The notes beneath the pieces were generated by a model. It was not told the DNA's origin. It ran no database searches and saw nothing but the letters and a program-made list of their open reading frames with translations. A stretch of DNA of 50,843 nucleotides, filler included, from Catajapyx aquilonaris (lineage: Eukaryota): NCBI GenBank assembly GCA_000934665.2. It is 3 parts of 3 records of this genome, joined end to end, with 100 filler letters (N's around TTAATTAATTAA, not from the genome) between each part and the next. Parts side by side here need not be neighbours in the genome. Positions count along the whole stretch, not along the records: positions 35,026 to 50,843 come from JYFJ02007379.1; 2 more parts are not named here. One strand, written 5' to 3'. Both the position numbers and the translations under genes were made by a program. Below, in pieces: positions 47,969 through 50,843 of this stretch (position 1 is the first letter of the stretch; each line of letters starts with the position of its first letter).

Positions 47969-49717
47969 TAATAATAATAATAATAATAATAATCCTTAGG
48001 TGCTGATGACTCTCTGGGGCTTGAACCGTTATGATGTTGAGGATATAATGGCTGTATTCGTGAAGAAATCCCTTGCAGTGTCGGAATATGACGAAGCTAA
48101 CCAAGAATATGTGTATGGCATTCATGATCTGCAGCTAGACTACCTGAAAAGCTGGGCCAGGGAAGAGCGTAAAATGGAATCGTTGCACGCTAAGATGGTG
48201 GAGTCATACCTGCGCTTATGTGGAGATGATTATTCATGTCTTCCCAATGACAATTACATCTACCTCTACATTGGTTACCACTTAAATCAGGCCAAACTCA
48301 CAAATCTCTTCCCGAAGGTCTTCCTTGATCTGGACTTTGTAGGGGCTAAGATCAGAGCTACTGGTCCTAGTGACTTGCTCAGGGACTACCGGAAATATGA
48401 GGAGTGGATTGTAGGGGAGGTCAGTGTTATTTGAGTGACACAATAGAACAAGTGCTGAAGTCCAGAAAGGTATTAAAATTGTAGTGTACAGAATAAATTT
48501 TTAAATATGAAATTAATATTGATACCTCACACTTACAAGGAAACCTCTCGAAGTGTCACTCGAAGTTCAGGGTCAAATATTTTTTTTCGGGTTCATTATC
48601 AGCTAGAAGGAAAACACCCTTCCGGAGAAATCCTCGATCTCAAGGGTTTTCGAGATACAGAGGTCAAAAGGTCAAGAAGGGACCACTTTATGAAGGTCCT
48701 GAGGAAGCTATCATTACTGCTATCGGGCGAGATTTTTGGGATCTAGAGGTTTCTTGGGATGGGGAATACAGTGTCAAAACCGAAAATCATGAATTATGCA
48801 AATGAAGGGTACTTCTCAGGGAAGGGGGTGGGGGGACGAACTTACTATAAACAAAGTATTTTCTACTCCTTACGTCTTTAGACAGTGACTGGACACCCAA
48901 GTTGGTGAATTACATTAACTATATCATGTAAACATGAATTATGTAGAATTTCTGAAGCACTCCTCATGACGAAATTCACCAACTTGGGTGTCCAGTCACT
49001 GTCTAAAGACGTAAGGAGTAGAAAATACTTTGTTTATAGTAAGTTTGTCCCCCCACCCCCCACCCCCTTACCTGAGAAGTACCCTTCATTTGCATAATTC
49101 ATGATTTTCGGTTTGGCCACTGTATTCCCCATACCAAGAAACCTCTAGATCCCAAAAATCTCGCCGATAGCGGTAATGATAGCTTCCTCAGGGCCTTCAT
49201 AAAGTGGTCCATTCTTGACCTTTTGACCTCTGTATCTCGAAAACCCTTGAGATCGAGGATTTCTCCGGAAGGGTGTTTTCCGTCTAGCTGATAACGAACC
49301 CGAAAAAAATATTTGACCTTGAACTTCGAGTGACACTTCGAGAGGTTCCCTTGTTAGTAAAGGTTTGAAGCATCCATTCTAACAATAAGTGGTTATAATT
49401 CCCATTCCATGAAAAGCAGTATTTTGGTTCGTATGACCTAGGACCTCAGCTCTTCTTCCATGTGTTCATTCATTTGATTTCATGAACTGTTACTTAATCA
49501 CATGTAAACAATTACAATCTTTTACACAGGGAAAAGTGCACCAGAGGCAACTGAGTGACTTTGAGGAGTTTGTTCGCATGTATGGATACTTTCTGGTTCA
49601 GAATGAAGACACAGATGTAGTACAGCTGGCACTAAGAACCCCACCTGATTCCACTACCCACCAGATGGCTTTACAGAAGGCACACAAGAATCCACACAGG
49701 TTCTACCTCAATTGGAT
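43172..49717 (+). CDS. APAF1: Apoptotic protease-activating factor 1 homolog (CARD + NB-ARC + WHD + HD2; WD40 part expected beyond the window)
   Basis: Exons 43172-43309, 44537-44881, 44942-45122, 45329-45588, 45648-45759, 47618-47904, 48000-48419, 49530-49717, all in phase. Motifs: CARD (MDQHEKQSLIHCR..LLDLLPCRGPTAY), GGVPQ, Walker A HGMSGCGKS, Walker B LVLDDVW, sensor TTRD, CKGNP, IHDLQ (MHD-like), and VQLAL..FYLNW. A probable non-coding first exon ends at 42910 (GTAAGT). Confidence 0.95.
43931..44222 (+). mobile_element. SINE family B in an Apaf-1 intron
   Basis: A/B boxes, family body with an internal 12-bp triplication, and an ATT tail. Confidence 0.85.
45824..45937. mobile_element. Tiny CAGGGTG-type MITE
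   Basis: CAGGGTGACCCAAAAGTCTGGACACA..AATTGTATT / AATACAATT..TGTGTCCAGGCTTTTGGAATACCCT. Confidence 0.55.
46100..47400. mobile_element. Old 1.3-kb foldback element with a central MITE (46731-46961)
   Basis: Outer arms 46130-46290 / 47207-47390 and inner arms 46572-46678 / 47053-47148 are degenerate inverted copies. The central element reads CAGGGGTCGAATT...AATTCAACCCCTG with TGGAGTGCA repeats. Confidence 0.6.
47919..47993. repeat. (AAT)n microsatellite filling a 95-nt Apaf-1 intron
   Basis: The intron spans 47905-47999. Confidence 0.95.
48535..49354. mobile_element. 820-bp near-perfect palindromic element in an Apaf-1 intron
   Basis: Arms of about 377 bp (48535-48911 / 48973-49354) with ACAAG..CTTGT ends and GGTCAA/TTGACC motifs. 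Confidence 0.88.
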
Positions 49718-49724
49718 GTGAGTA

Positions 49725-49985
49725 TTGTTGGGTCTAGTGGCTAAGCCACTAACCAGCCAAGGGGTAGGTCCTGGGTTCTAATCCCATCCTCGTCACCTTT
49801 GTTTGGTCGGGTCTTTTTCTTCTTTTCACCTGACATGTCCCAGCAGATTTGTACTCCCTTCTCTGCCCAGGACCAAGAGAAAAGGTCTGAATTTTAGAGG
49901 GTTCGAAAAGACTCAAAAGCTACCCAGGAGTTCCCTCCCTTGGGAACCATCACCTTCCCTATTTCAACAAGGTAAAAAAAAAAAC
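49725..49985 (+). mobile_element. SINE family D (diverged) with A-tail
   Basis: Paralog of 50057-50381. It starts a few bases after an exon donor. Confidence 0.7.
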
Positions 49986-50056
49986 ATTAACAGAATACTT
50001 CCACCTTGACATGAAATCAAATGGCCAGCAATGTGAGTTTGCAATACTGACCATGG

Positions 50057-50381
50057 CAGGGGTGGCATGGTGGTCTAGTGGTTACACCGCTGGCCAGCCA
50101 AGCGGGAGGCTGGGGTTCAAATCCCGTCCCCGTCACCTCTGCTTGGTCTGGTCTTCTTCTATTCTTCCTCCCGGCCAGTTGTTCCACTTTTCACCCGACA
50201 TGCTGGGGCAGAATTGCACTCCCTACTCTGCCCGGGGCCAGCAGAAAAGGTCTGGTGTATTTCACAAAGTCAGAAATGACTAACAATTACAGCGCCCTCC
50301 CTTGGGAACCTCCCCTTCCCCCCTGAGAGGGCCACGAGCTCTATCACAGGGTAAAAAATAATTAAATAAATAAATAAATAA
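50057..50381 (+). mobile_element. tRNA-derived SINE family D
   Basis: A box TGGTCTAGTGG, B box GGTTCAAATCC, (TAAA)n tail, and a 14-bp TSD AATACTGACCATGG at 50043-50056 and 50382-50395. Confidence 0.88.
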
Positions 50382-50843
50382 AATACTGACCATGGAGCAA
50401 TTCCACGATAATGTCAGCATGGCAGGGGTTAGAAAAAATTTATCAGAGGAGAAAATATATTGCTCTACGAGTCAATTCGTTATATGAAAACACTGTTCTG
50501 GCAATGGACCCTGCGTAAGAAAGTGTCACAACCTCATAATTTGCAGGAATTTCACATAATGGACCTTTTAGCCGTGACGTATTTGTTTACCTTTTTTTTT
50601 TCGCGGCGGCCATGTTGGTTGGGCAGAACCAGCAATGGCGGCATGCTGAGCAGGTTATTTCTGCAACAATATATCGAGTAAGTAAGCCACGCCGGCCTTT
50701 TTTTCGGTTCCAAATTGATGTGGAGGGGAGGGCCAGATTGTTGGCTGCCGTCAGGAGAGTGGAGAAGGTCGAGAAAAGTTGGTAACCCACCAAACATCGA
50801 CTGATTTGCGGAGCTCACACTTTGCACAAAGTAACCATTTCCC

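Overview
Eukaryotic genomic DNA, invertebrate and most likely arthropod (inferred from short GT-AG introns, DRE motifs and repeat types). It is heavily invaded by SINEs and non-autonomous DNA transposons. Genes read from the sequence: (1) the first two coding exons of an uncharacterised minus-strand gene with a CpG-rich promoter near 12 kb; (2) an intron-containing adenylyl cyclase C2-domain pseudogene (19.4-21.4 kb); (3) a complete 17-exon M28B peptidase of the GCPII/NAALADase family (22.8-30.4 kb) with intact Zn ligands but remodelled substrate pockets; (4) the first two coding exons of a kynurenine/alpha-aminoadipate aminotransferase (AADAT/KAT II-like, minus strand); and (5) a vertebrate-like Apaf-1 (CARD, NB-ARC, winged helix, HD2) head-to-head with it and running off the right edge. 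The rest is at least four tRNA-derived SINE families, many MITEs or foldback elements (Tc1/mariner-, pogo-, hAT-, PIF-, piggyBac- and Kolobok-type ends), a Helitron and a Helentron-like tandem array. Two 100-bp N/TTAATTAATTAA/N blocks are artificial contig linkers, so adjacency across them is unproven. I see no clearly new multi-gene system. The most interesting signals are the excision-footprint-like micro-insertion signature, the altered peptidase pockets, the mirrored DRE cassette between AADAT and Apaf-1, and a MER1/Charlie3-like hAT MITE. Protein identifications rest on motif recognition from memory, not on database searches.
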